From Octopus bimaculoides (Eukaryota), in NCBI RefSeq assembly GCF_001194135.2, contig NC_068992.1, positions 24,155,169 through 24,219,168 of the forward strand: DNA of 64,000 nucleotides. Reading direction: 5' to 3'. The notes beneath the pieces are model-generated. The model did no database searches. It saw only the letters and a list, made by a program, of their open reading frames with translations, and was not told the DNA's origin. Positions 27,188 to 40,065 of this stretch are shown here, in pieces; position 1 is the first letter of the stretch; every line of letters begins with the position of its first letter. A program made the translations under genes and the position numbers.

Positions 27188-27641
27188 TTAGGGAAAAGAA
27201 CCGAGGTTCATAAATTAAATTGAATTTAATTGAGTTTTTACTTGTAAATTTAGATTTTTATCCCTAATGTTATTATTATTATTATTATTATTATTACACA
27301 CAAGAAAGGACAAAGATAGGGAGAAGAAATAGAAAAATATGAAGATGCAACAGGAAGGTAATTTTAAAAAGGCCAATGATTAAAGAACACAAGATTAACT
27401 AAGGTGTATAACATGCATGCAGCTCATATATATATATACACACTCGCACACACTAATTTATATATACATATAAAGATAATTATAAAACAGTTCTAGAAAT
27501 ACATTCGTTAGAAAGTTGTTGTTAGATTGAGGAAACTTTTGATACCAAATAATAAATGTTTAAGTGAAGTTAATAGTCGTTTTGAATGGCTAATATATGT
27601 GTCATCTATGCTGTAACTGTTTTAGTTTCAATATACCATGA

Positions 27642-28110
27642 TCTCTGATTGTAGAGGGAACATGTGGAAGGAGTAGACCCAAGAAGACGTGGGATGGAAA
27701 GGTGAGAAACGATCTACTGACATTGGAAGTCACACAGGAGATGACAGGAGACCAAGATGTCAGATGGCTTGCTTTGCTTGAGAAAACATGTCAAGCTAAG
27801 TAAAAGCAAGGTTGTCTTTGCATCCCTCTCTAGCCTAGCATTCCTAATCTTGAAGGCTCCTGGGTGCTGGTGCCATGCTAAAAGCACCTGTTCTGGTGCA
27901 ATGTAAATGCATTCATGCTGACACTATGTAAAAGCATCCAGTACACTCTGTAAAGTGGTTGGCTCTAGGAAGGGCACCCAGCCATAGAAACAGACAGGCC
28001 AAAACAGATAGGGTGCCAAGGTAGCACTTCTGCTGGCAAAAACTCCAGCCAAACAGTCCAATCCATGCCAGCATGGAAAACAGATGTTAAAGGATGATGA
28101 TGATGATGAT
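27642..28110 (+). mobile_element. RTE-clade LINE 3' end (ORF C-terminus, 3'UTR and (GAT)n tail)
   Basis: SLIVEGTCGRSRPKKTWDGKVRNDL..EKTCQAK* (stop 27801-03) matches the RTE C-terminal G-R-GRP-K-W pattern. The 3'UTR ends in CCATGCCAGCATGGAAAA..(GAT)n, shared with the modular SINE family. Confidence 0.75.
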
Positions 28111-29074
28111 TATCAGATCAAATCATTTGGCAGACAAAACTATCTTCAAAACATATATAACAAATATGTAAGGGAAAATTGATGAATTAATCGCTTTTGT
28201 AGATGGATGCCCACATTATTGTTAATACCTGTATCACTGCTCCCTTCAATTCAGCTACTCTTACTACAACTACTATAAGCAAGAAGAAGTAGTAGCAGTA
28301 TGAGAATCAAGACTATTGAGGAAGATGCAAAAAGACTGAGTGAAAATATAAAGAATAGTAAAGATAGTGAGGATGAAAGGATGAACGTAAGAGAATGGAA
28401 AGAAAGGTAAATATATATATATACACANNNNNNNNNNNNNNNNNNNNNNNNNNNNNNNNNNNNNNNNNNNNNNNNNNNNNNNNNNNNNNNNNNNNNNNNN
28501 NNNNNNNNNNNNNNNNNNNNNNNNNNNATATATCCATACACAAACATATACACACACATCTATGTACACACAAATACTCATGCACGCACACACACACACA
28601 TATATATATACATCCACATATACATACATACATATATTTATGATTGCATGCATGTGTGCATGCATGCATATGTGTGTGTGCATGCATGCATGCATGCATG
28701 TGTGTGTGTGTGTTTGTCTGCATGTGTGGTATTCAAAACTCAACTGTATTCTAGATTTATCACAAGGTTTCTTACATTTTCAAGTAAGTTCCTGGCAATT
28801 TGTCTGGAAAAGTAAATTTCCTAAATTCATAAAAAACACTTGCCACCCTCTAAAGTCCATTTAGAATCCTCTACCGACACACTCATAACCCACATGACAA
28901 TCAAAATCCCCCCCACACACACACACACATATATATATATATTCACACACACATATATATATATATTCACACACACATATATATACGCCTAAACAACAAG
29001 CCTTTCAACTTTTTCAATTCAAGTCGATTACAAATGCCCTTTGTCCCAAATATCATTTCAGAAAAAAAAAATCA

Positions 29075-29340
29075 TCATCATCATCATCATCATTTAGTGT
29101 CTATTTTCCATGCTGGCATGAGTTGGGTAGTTTGACAGGAGCTGGCAAGCCGGAGGGCTGCACCCAGGCTCCAGTTATCTGTTTTAGCATATTTTCCTGG
29201 GCTAGATGCCCTTCCTAACACCAACCAACCAGTGTACTGGATTCTTTTTTGCATGGCACCAACACCAGTGCCTTTAGCATACCACCAACACAGGTGCTCT
29301 TTTATATGACACCATCACGGGAACTCACAAAACAGAGTCC
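29075..29340 (-). mobile_element. Family R-related SINE
   Basis: (CAT)n tail, CCATGCTGGCATG, GATGCCCTTCCTAACACC. Confidence 0.7.
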
Positions 29341-30234
29341 CCTAAGCTCAGAGAGGGAGCAAGAAGCTCCAAAGTATTTCATATTTTTCTCCAAATAGTA
29401 TCATGCTTTCGTTTCCATCGCAATATAAGTACACAAATTTTAAATTCTTTCTGTTTTTTTTCTGGCTTTTGCACACAAAAACACAGTCACTAATTTTATA
29501 TATTTTCGCCTTTGAGTATATTCACACTTAACATACACTTTGAAATCACCAATTTCTAATATGTAGGTTTATAGGAGAGCCATAACATACTGAAAGAAAT
29601 ATGTTAGATGGGAACAAAAGGAGAATAAAAACAAACATATCATATTTAACACATAACCACACAATACACATACACACTGTATACATCACACACAAATGCA
29701 CATGCACACATACATTGTATGCATCACACACATGCGAACACATCCCCATACAGTATACATGCACATCACCATACAAGACATATTACACACACTTACAAAT
29801 ACACATGTAGCTTCATTTGCTGTTATTCTATAATATAAGATGTTACAAAACTGTGGTACTGCATATGGAAGTGAAGGATAGAAAATGCAAAGCATGAAAT
29901 GTTAAAATTGTTAGAGTGAAAACATGGAGAGGCAGAGTTCCTGATAAATAACGAAAATCTCAACATACGTGACTGTTATACACAAAGATACCTATACATT
30001 TATTTAAACTCGATTTTTTCTTTTACTTCATGCTGTAAAATCTAGATCATGAATTGCAAACCGTTATCCAGAAAGAACAGAATGCAAATATTTGAGAATT
30101 TTATATATAAATTTAAAAAAAAAATATTTATGGTACTTTTTTTTTTTTTTTTTAAATTTCGCTGTGCAATAAATTAAAGAAGTATATTTTTGTTATTGAT
30201 ACAATAAAAAATTGATTCCCCTTTAGGATTGAAA

Positions 30235-30595
30235 TCATCATCATCATCATTTAACGTCCGCTTTCCATGCTAGCATGGGTTGGACGATTTGACTGAGGAC
30301 TGGTGAAACCGGATGGCAACACCAGGCTCCAATCTGATTTGGCAGAGTTTCTACAGTTGGATGCCCTTCCTAATGCCAACCACTATGAGAGTGTGGTGGA
30401 TGCTTTCACGTGTCACCCGCATGAAGGCCAGTCAGGTGGTACTGGCAACGGCCACGCTCAAAATGGTGTATTTTATGTGCCACCCGCACAAGAGCCAGTC
30501 CAGGGGCACTGGTACCGATCTCACTCAAAAATCCTACGAAGGCCAGTCAGGCGGTACTGGCAATGGCCACGCTCAAAATGGTGTAATGCATGTGT
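30235..30595 (-). mobile_element. Modular RTE-tailed SINE family R
   Basis: (CAT)n-TTAACGTCCGCTTTCCATGCTAGCATGG tail, GATGCCCTTCCTAATGCCAACC, then repeated GCCAGT-N8-ACTGGC modules. Confidence 0.85.
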
Positions 30596-31332
30596 GAAAT
30601 GAAATAGAGCTGAGCTGTGATGTTTTTGTTCGTTCATGAACTCTCCAGTCAAGTTATTTTCCAGAAGCATTTAGTAGTCATATAGAGGAGAACTAATTCA
30701 ATTCTACTTTAGTTTTACATTTTAGGGGCAGATAACATTAAGAAGGGAATCCAGCTACAAATATTAAATATTGCAATAATATGTACAAAGACGAAAGCCA
30801 CCTGTCCCATTGAAGTTAAAATGGAAAATTAGTTGTGAAACTGTAAAAAGGTTGAGAAAAGAGGTGGTAGATGATATTTCTAATGATGTTGAATTGAATT
30901 GAATCAGGGAATTAACGTTTTCTATATTACAGTTTTTAATTGAAAATTGGATAGAAATACATAGTTCTGCATGTATAACCCACTCTATTGACAAAAACAT
31001 GGGTGCCTATTTTTTCAAACTAATGAATTTTTACGTGACTATATGTGCTCTGTGTGTGTGTATACATATGTGTGTATGTGTATTATGTGTATATAAGCTG
31101 TATACATGTTTACAAACCACACATGACAGCAAAAGAGCTGGACCTCAGTATCTTTCAAAATAGAGGACAATATTTAGTGAATGATACAGCTATAGAGACT
31201 CACATACAGCACTTCAAGTTTCTATTTGAATGATATGTTTGAAAAAATTATGACAGCTGAAGGAGTGCAGCAATTCTTGTGTCATCGACACAGAGACTTG
31301 AAGTACAGTATATTATTCTCCATAACTGTAGC

Positions 31333-31390
<58 letters not shown>

Positions 31391-31656
31391 ATATTAACTT
31401 GTGTATAATTCACACCTCTAATTTAGGGTCAAATCTTGGTTCGGAAAATTTTTCGCTTCATAGTTTTACCATTGTTCTGTGTATAAGTTTGCACCCCAGT
31501 GTTTATTTTTTTACTTTTCAGTTAAAATGCAACTCATAGAAAAATAAATACAATAAACAAACAGTTTGTTTGTTATTTGTAAGACATATTGAAATTCACT
31601 CGTAAAGTTACTTTCAAATATTTTGGATTAACTACACACAAGACTCACATTCAAAC

Positions 31657-32441
31657 NNNNNNNNNNNNNNNNNNNNNNNNNNNNNNNNNNNNNNNNNNNN
31701 NNNNNNNNNNNNNNNNNNNNNNNNNNNNNNNNNNNNNNNNNNNNNNNNNNNNNNNNNNNNNNNNNNNNNNNNNNNNNNNNNNNNNNNNNNNNNNNNNNNN
31801 NNNNNNNNNNNNNNNNNNNNNNNNNNNNNNNNNNNNNNNNNNNNNNNNNNNNNNNNNNNNNNNNNNNNNNNNNNNNNNNNNNNNNNNNNNNNNNNNNNNN
31901 NNNNNNNNNNNNNNNNNNNNNNNNNNNNNNNNNNNNNNNNNNNNNNNNNNNNNNNNNNNNNNNNNNNNNNNNNNNNNNNNNNNNNNNNNNNNNNNNNNNN
32001 NNNNNNNNNNNNNNNNNNNNNNNNNNNNNNNNNNNNNNNNNNNNNNNNNNNNNNNNNNNNNNNNNNNNNNNNNNNNNNNNNNNNNNNNNNNNNNNNNNNN
32101 NNNNNNNNNNNNNNNNNNNNNNNNNNNNNNNNNNNNNNNNNNNNNNNNNNNNNNNNNNNNNNNNNNNNNNNNNNNNNNNNNNNNNNNNNNNNNNNNNNNN
32201 NNNNNNNNNNNNNNNNNNNNNNNNNNNNNNNNNNNNNNNNNNNNNNNNNNNNNNNNNNNNNNNNNNNNNNNNNNNNNNNNNNNNNNNNNNNNNNNNNNNN
32301 NNNNNNNNNNNNNNNNNNNNNNNNNNNNNNNNNNNNNNNNNNNNNNNNNNNNNNNNNNNNNNNNNNNNNNNNNNNNNNNNNNNNNNNNNNNNNNNNNNNN
32401 NNNNNNNNNNNNNNNNNNNNNNNNNNNNNNNNNNNNNNNNN
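31657..32441. other. Largest assembly gap (others: 12358-12722, 13671-13680, 15080-15573, 16646-17093, 21284-21564, 25661-25785, 28428-28527, 36258-36267, 61569-61747, 63029-63359)
   Basis: N runs. Confidence 1.
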
Positions 32442-32760
32442 GCACCTGTGCCCAGCGTCGCCTTTCTGGCACTTGTGCCTGTGACATGTGTAAGGACTTT
32501 CGAGTGAGATCGTTGCCAGTGCCGCTGTACTGGCTCTTGTGCGGGTGGCACATAAAATACACCCTTTTGAGCGTGGCCGTTGCCCTCAAAATGGTATATT
32601 TTACGTGCCAACTGCACAGGAGCCAGTCCAGCAGAACTGGCAACGACCTTGCTCGAATGTATTTTCACGTGCCACCGGCACAAGTGCCAGGTAAGGCAAC
32701 ACTGGTAACGATAACGCTCAAATGGTGCTATTTACATGCCAGTGGCACGGAAGCCAGATA
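32442..32760. mobile_element. Family R module array with internal inversion
   Basis: Module orientation flips at 32583/32584. Confidence 0.8.
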
Positions 32761-33442
32761 GGTGTATCAAATAATATGTTTGCATGAAAGAAAAATAATG
32801 TTCAAATTTTTCACCAAATTGATAAATTTTATTTCTAATTAGAAGATTTGGAATAAATTTTAGGGTGAAAGGAAATAAAAACGTGCAATTTGGAAGCTAT
32901 TTTTTATGCATATTTCCAACTTTTTTTAAATTTTTATAATCATTTATAGATGCACCTATCAATTTGATACTGCAATATGGGAAACATTATAAATTTCAAT
33001 CTATACACACATATACGTTATATATGTTTCATTCCCTTCTAATCAGAGCACATAGATATAATTTCATTCTGCTTCAGGCTGCTCTGGTTTTCATAATTTC
33101 TTTGACGTTGTTGTTCTAGTTTGGTTTTCCCTTGATGTAGTTTCTGATTTGGCTTTTGTTGATCATTATTATACTCTCCATGTTTGATTTTACTACTGCT
33201 TCTGTTGTTGTTGTTGTCTGTTTGTTTGTTTTTGTTTTGCATGTTTTAGGTCTATTTTCAATGGTTTACATCCTCAATGATTTGATAGCTTGAAATGGCT
33301 TTACGTTCTCTGTTTGTTTTAACTTGTTTGTGCTTCGATTACATATTCTTTCTTTTAAGTGTTCTAGTTCTATATCTGCCATTTAATGGGTGTTTGTGTG
33401 CATAGGTGTGTGAGAATGTGTGTGTGCATGTGTGTGTGTGAC

Positions 33443-33700
33443 GTTTGTGAATATGCATGTGAGTGAGTGCAAGATTTTGAGTATGTTAGTGAGTGTGTAT
33501 GTGTGTGTGCCTGCATGTGTATGAGTAAGTTTATGTAAAGGTGAATGAATGAGTGTGTGTGTGTGTGTGTGTGTGTGTTTGTGAATATGCGTGAGTGAGT
33601 GTAAGGTTGTAAGTATGTTAGTGAGTATATATGTGTGTGTGCCTACATGTGTATGAGTAAGTCTATGTAAAAGTGAGTGAATGAGTGTGTGTGTGTGTGT
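33443..33700. repeat. Tandem duplication of a TG-rich unit of about 130 bp
   Basis: Two copies of GTTTGTGAATATGC..GTATGTTAGTGAGT..GTATGAGTAAGT..GAATGAG. Confidence 0.85.
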
Positions 33701-34114
33701 TTGTATGTGTGTGTGTGTTTGTATATATACTCATGAAAATAAGAATTTATCAAGGGGTGTGCGAGTGTATTGTGTTACTATCTGTACAGTTAAGAATATT
33801 CCCTATGTATGGAAGAGACATTTATAAAGAAAAAAAAAAAAGAAATGCATGCAAAAAAAAAACCCTTATGCCAAAAAATAATCTTAACAAAAACAGGATA
33901 CAGTAATTTAAGTGATAGATATAAATTTCACAGAAAATCTTCTGGGAGCCATATATATGATTTCTGTTCACCCATAAAATAAGAGGTTGATAACATTCCA
34001 TTCTCGCGTAACATCGCATCAAGCAGATTGAAGATGATAATAGTAAACTGCTTTCTAGAATCAAAATCAAGATCTTTAACGTAATGTGCAGACTCGTTTT
34101 ACCTTCTATCTTGT

Positions 34115-34555
34115 AATTGTTTCAGTCATTAGACTGTGGCCATGCTGGGGCATTGCCTTGAAGAATTTTAGTCGAATGAATTGATTCCTATATTTTTTTT
34201 TTCTTTTTTTGGTTTTCTGTAATGCAAGGTACTTATTTTATTAGTCTATTTTGCTGGACAACCAAGTTATGGGGGATGCAAAAACACTAACACCAGTTAT
34301 CAAGCGGTGGACAAACACAGACAGAAAGACATACCCATGCACACACACACACACATACACACAAACAAACAAGCACACACACATGCACATATATGAAGAA
34401 CTTCTTTCAGTTTCCGTCTACCAAATCCACTCAGACAGGTTAGGTTGACCTCAGCCTAAAGTAGAACATAGTTGCCCAAGGTGTCATGTAATGAGACTGA
34501 ACTCAGTACTAAATGGTTCAGAAGCAACAGTCTTACCACACAGCCACTCCTGTGC
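34115..34555 (-). mobile_element. Family C SINE
   Basis: Collinear with 10940-11350. Confidence 0.75.
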
Positions 34556-34631
34556 ATCATACTGAAAAAAATTTCTAGCAATTGTACTGAATTACAATTT
34601 TTAAGGAGTTGAGCAGAAATAGCTGTTTCAG

Positions 34632-34861
34632 GCGACGAGCTGGCAGAAATGCTAGCATGCCGGGCGAAATGCTTAGTGGTATGTCGTCTGCCATTACGTT
34701 CTGAGTTCAAATTCCGCCAAAGTCGACTTTGCCTTTCATCCTTTTGGGTTCGATAAATTAAGTACCAGTTACACACTGGGGTCAATATAATCGACTTAAT
34801 CCCCTTGTCTGTCATTGTTTGTCCCCTCTATGTTTAGCCCCTTGTGGGTAATAAAGAAATA
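34632..34861 (+). mobile_element. Full-length family M SINE (long-tail variant) with 17-bp TSD
   Basis: Head GGCGACGAGCTGGCAGAAA through tail TAAAGAAATA; AGAAATAGCTGTTTCAG duplicated at 34615-34631 and 34862-34878. Confidence 0.9.
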
Positions 34862-35084
34862 AGAAATAGCTGTTTCAGCCGGTATCATTACTTGACTGGT
34901 ATATTTTACCAACCTTGGAGGGACAAAAGTCAATGTAAGTTCGAATAGGATTAGAACTTGGGATGTAAAGGGATATGATTAATTATCACAAGGTCTATTT
35001 TGTCCTACACCATAATATTTCTATTCTCTGTTGCAACACCAGCTAAGTTATGATGATAATGATAATAATAATAGTAATAATAAT

Positions 35085-35545
35085 AACAACGATTTCAAAT
35101 TTTTGCCAGAAGGGCAGCTTAGGGGAGAGAATTAATTCGATTACATCAAATCCCAGTGCATAACTGGTACTTATTCAATCAAACCCAAAAGGATGAAACG
35201 CAAAGTCGACCTTGGTGGAATTTGAACTCAGAATGTAATGATGGGTGAAAAACTGCTAAGCATTTTGCCCAGTATGTTAACGATTCTGCCAGTTTGCTAC
35301 CTTAATAATAATAATAATAATAATGGTGATCTTTTCTACTAAAGGCACAAGGCCTGAAATTTTGGGTGAAGGGACTAGTCAATGACATTGACCCCAAAGT
35401 TTCAATGGTACTTAATTTATCGACCCCGAAAGGATAAAAGGCAAAGTTGACACCAGTGGAGTTTGAACTCAAAATGTAAAAACAGATGAAATGCTGCTGA
35501 ACAATTCATCCTGCGTGCTAACAATTCTGCCAGCTCACCACCTTA
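35085..35545 (-). mobile_element. Two tandem family M SINEs
   Basis: Two core copies separated by (TAA)n. Confidence 0.8.
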
Positions 35546-36267
35546 ATAATGATAATGATAATTAGTATAATTACTGGGATGATGATTATGATGATATAAC
35601 GAAATGAAAGTTAACGAAATATAATGGATCTTTTCTTCACACAAGAGATGAGATAGTGCCTTGTGATTCATATATATTTTACCCATTGTCTCTTGATAGA
35701 TGATAAGAAAGGTCAACTCAGTTGAACAGAACTCCAAGAGGAATGGAACTAAATACTGAAAAGTATTTTATCTTCTCATATAACCATTTGTTTCATTTAA
35801 CCCCAATGCCACCAAAAAAATTTGTCTTTTTTTTTATTGAAATTACAGACAAAGTAAATATTTCTAATTAAGACCAAATTAAGAAGACAATACCAAAAGT
35901 TAGAATATTTTTCATAATTACTATTGATATTGCAGCAACAGTTTTTTTTCATTTGAAATTTCCCCCAGGAGGGCCCATATATAAGCGTGCATATTTAAGA
36001 TAGTAAATGAAAGATGGTAATAAAATATATGAAAAAAGATTTAAATGAAATACTATGCTGAGGTAATAAAATAACTGATGACAATAAAATATGGTAAATG
36101 AGACTACAATAAAGGAGCTAATAAAATGAAATAAATTGAGGTGGTAATAAAAGAACTGATAAAAATACTGAAATGAAGGAAACCATTAACTTTAGTGAAC
36201 GTAGGTACTTGTTCACCTTGAATTCCAAAAGATCAAAAGTCATACAATCTGTGTGTGNNNNNNNNNN

Positions 36268-36307
<40 letters not shown>

Positions 36308-36989
36308 CTCAAACAATTCATCAGTTCTCAGAAAAAAGAATAGTGCATAAATGAAGAGATGTTGTTGAAATTGTGTGGTATGCTCCCGGTGGGTAGTTAT
36401 TGTAAAGAAGAAAATCATTTTCAAACGAATCTTGACAAGAGTAGAAGTTGGAATTTTAAATTTGAGATCAAGGAAGAAAATACATAGAATATACATATTT
36501 AGCCTTTGTTTTCTGACTTATTACAAAGTTCTTAAAATTTCTAATCATATATAATCCTGTAAAGTACCATTTCATTCTTATTAGAAATCATCAGCATGAC
36601 ACGACCTGAGACACATAAATTGAACATTTTATGAAGCAAGACATTCCTTATAGATGTCACAGATTATCCATAAGTTTTCCAAAAAACATGGATGTTATTC
36701 ATCAGATGTAGCAAATTGACTCATGATGGAAAATTCCCAGACAGATATCACCAAAGAATAGTTCTCATATGGACATCTGCTATGGCTGTAACAATAGACA
36801 AAGATCAGTGTTGCAACCTTCTATCAAAGATAGAGAAGTTGAAGCAATGAAAAATGTTTGCCACAAATTAGATCGAACAATCAATTCTGTATTTTATCAT
36901 GAGTGAAAACGGAATGTTTGGAGAGGCACAAGCAAATTTGAGGATTTTGCCAATCTGCTGGCCTATATTAGAATATGATATCATACCTC

Positions 36990-37330
36990 AATTTTCTCTG
37001 CTCACTGCTCTTGGGAGGGCCGTTTAGGTAGAGTCCTTGGATAACTCTCCTATCAGAAGTAACTATCATTACTCTTTCTGGATGGATTCCCAAGCATCCT
37101 TAACCGAGACTATGGATATTATCCAAATATTTACGTCCTCACCTCTCCCAAGTTCTGCTGGTTGGCTTAACTTGAAGAATCTGTCTTGTGATTCTAATCA
37201 CATAGTCCATAGTAGTAGAACGGTGGCCTCTCAATGTGGAGAAGTAGTGGGTCCACCTGGAGAGACTTCCAGATCTTCAAGTAACACATCCTGTTGAATA
37301 TCCAGAGATCCTTGGAAGGGATTGCATTTT
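36990..37330 (-). pseudogene. Decayed RTE-like RT C-terminal fragment
   Basis: Frameshifted LWIFNRMCYLKIW..LLLHIERPPFYYYG..ILQVKP..GRKYLDNI resembles the RTE W-Y-RRML-I-W..LL-I-R-L-Y-GH..GR-Y-D pattern. Confidence 0.5.
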
Positions 37331-37574
37331 AGTTGCTTTTCTTCATGACTGTACTCATATGATTTTAAAAGTATTTTATTTTAGGTTCAGATAATAATGC
37401 TTAAATTTAATAGATAGAAAATATATATTAGTAACAGAGGCAATATTACTACATAGACATAATATTTATCCCTACTTATATGTGGATGTTCTGTTACAAT
37501 AGACTATACTTCTCTCATAAGGATTACTGTTTGCTCTGATAGAATATCTACGTCTAAGTGGGATTGAATATTCA

Positions 37575-37792
37575 TTTCTTTGTTGCCCACAGGGTACTAA
37601 ACATAGAGGGAACAAACAAGGACAGACAAAGGGATTAAGTCGATTACATCGACCCCAGTGTTTAATTGCTTTTTATTTAATCGACCCTGGAAGGATGAAA
37701 GGCAAAGTCAACCTCGGCGGAATTTGAACTCTGAACGTAACGGCAGATGAAATACTGTTATGCATTTCACCTGGTGTGCTAATGATTCTGCC
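37575..37792 (-). mobile_element. Family M SINE, long-tail variant
   Basis: GCCCACAGGG..GACAAAGGGATTAAGTCGATT tail plus core. Confidence 0.8.
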
Positions 37793-38324
37793 TTTGTGGG
37801 ATTAAATATTACCTCGTAATGGATATAAAGATTTCAATTCCATTTCGAAACTGTAAATCATTCTTGAATTTTCTTTATAGATTTGACAGTGCATTCCATA
37901 TTTTGTAACTTTATTCTAGTGTGCAAAATTTCTCATGTTTTCCACAGTACAAAGCAGTAAACTGTGAGACTGGTTATGACTGAGAATTGAAGATTGTTAA
38001 TCAAGATTAATTTTCTCAAATAAAGATATTACATTTTTAAAAGTTTGTCCCTATTTTTTAAAGTTACTAATTCACATTTCTTAATATGTATCATGCACTC
38101 TCCCTTATTTAAAGAAATTTATCCGAGTAACACTGTGGGTATAATTTTGTTTTATAATCTTCAAAGTTTCTAGCATTTGTCAAAAGATTATTGGAAAGGA
38201 GTTGTAATAATCAATTTTGGTAACAAAACCAAAGTTTTGGTAAAATGAAAAGAATTTTCTTTTTCCAGACTTTTGTTTCGCATAGTAAAACTATTATCAA
38301 CTGTGCCAGAGTTTAAGAATGGCT

Positions 38325-38465
38325 AAGTGGTTAAGAAGCTTGCCTTCCAACTATGGAGTCTTTGGTTCAATTGCACTGTATGGCAACTTACACATCTACA
38401 TTAGCCCCAAGTTGATCAAAGTGCCGTCAGTGGATTTCATGTAGAGAAAATGAAAGAAATCCATT
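38325..38465 (+). mobile_element. Family C SINE head (degenerate)
   Basis: GTGGTTAAGAAGCTTGCCTTCCAAC..GAAAATGAAAGAAATCC. Confidence 0.55.
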
Positions 38466-39239
38466 GTGTGTGTGTATTTGTGTGCATGTGTGTGTGTGTG
38501 TGTGCGTGCGTGTGTGTGTGGATAGATAGATAGATAGATATATCTATATACATATACACCCACACATATACGTATATGTATCTTTATTTCTTACTTAACA
38601 TAGATATATTCCAAGAATGTTATAGTACTGCAATATTCATCCACTGATGGTGAGCAACTTTCATCTGCTACTGACATTTTTGTGTTGTCTATACAAGATT
38701 CTCTCTCAAGACAAATACCACATTATCACAACATTCTTGCCATACATCTGATTTAGTAGGATATAAGGATTGCTATTTGGTACTAACACTACCATACGTG
38801 TGTTGGTGATACATGTGTGTTGGTAAACATGTATACACACCATTTGTGTATACCTGTTCATATAAGAGAATGAAATTTTGCAGAGTGAAAAATTCCATAA
38901 TTAATAACAAGGAATTTACACCATCAAACAGTCAAACACATATACTGTTGTGTATATATGTTGATCTTTTATTTTTTGCTTGAATAATTGTTAAAAAATG
39001 TTAGTTTTCAAATTCCTTCGTTCCTGTTTGTGGCCTCATCAATGACATGGCCTCTCTATTAGGTCTAGTGTAGAACAGCTGTGTCATTGACAAGATCACA
39101 AATAGGGACAAAAGGACTTTAATAAATTTGATTGACTGATAGGCCAAATGATAAATTTGATTGGTTGATTGATAGGCCAAATGATTAATCAGTCATGGTT
39201 TTCTTTTGGTCATTTTACAAAAAAACCATCTTGAATAAT

Positions 39240-39658
39240 TTTTCCTATTCTATGCACAAAGCCTGAAATTTTGAGGCAGGGGGCCAGACAATTAGATCGA
39301 CCCCAGTACACAACTGGTACTTGATTTATCGACCCCCAAAAGAATGAAAGGAAAAGTTAACCTTGGCGGAATTTGAAATCAGCGCATAAAGACAGACGAA
39401 ATACTGCTAAGCATTTTGCTCAATGAGCTAACATTTCTTATTTCTTTATTGCCCACAAGGGACTAAACATAGAGGGGACAAACAAGGACAGATAAAGGGA
39501 TTAAGTCGATTACACCCACCCCAGTGTGTAACTGGTATTGAATTTATCGACCCCGAAAGGCTGAAAGGCAAAGTCGACCTCGGCGGAATTTGAACTCAGA
39601 ACGTAATGGCAGACAAGATACCGCTAAGTGCTAATGTTTCTGCCAGCTCGCCGCCTTG
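39240..39658 (-). mobile_element. Family M single-headed dimer
   Basis: Same architecture as 8283-8715. Confidence 0.8.
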
Positions 39659-39979
39659 ACATTCTTCAATATCTTTGACACTAGTTACAATCTCTTGTTT
39701 ATAGATATGTATAATATCTTTCAATGCTTAATCTTCAAATTTTAGCTTTACTAAAACGAGAGAGCTATTCTAGTGGGGGAAATGATAAATTTCTCTTCAC
39801 AAGATTATTTGCCACATGGCCACCAGCTGCAGTCAAGAGATGGCAGTTGTCTTTAATCATTAAGACATTAACAGTTTTTGGCGTTAACAAAGACAGTTCT
39901 AATTGCTCCATTTTCACTAAGTAGAGGATGTAAAACTGATTTAGATTGAACACCACTCTAGAGAAACCTTTAATTTTCC

Positions 39980-40017
<38 letters not shown>

Positions 40018-40065
40018 TATCGCTATTAGTATTAATGTTATCATCATTATCATTATTATTAATAA

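Noticed and set aside
30420-30595. Module arrays as CRISPR-like arrays
   Set aside because: Eukaryotic context, no cas genes, and the variable parts are homologous between modules and copies rather than unique spacers.
33039-33390. Q/N/K-rich minus-strand ORFs
   Set aside because: Low-complexity composition explains the open frames; no splice or domain support.
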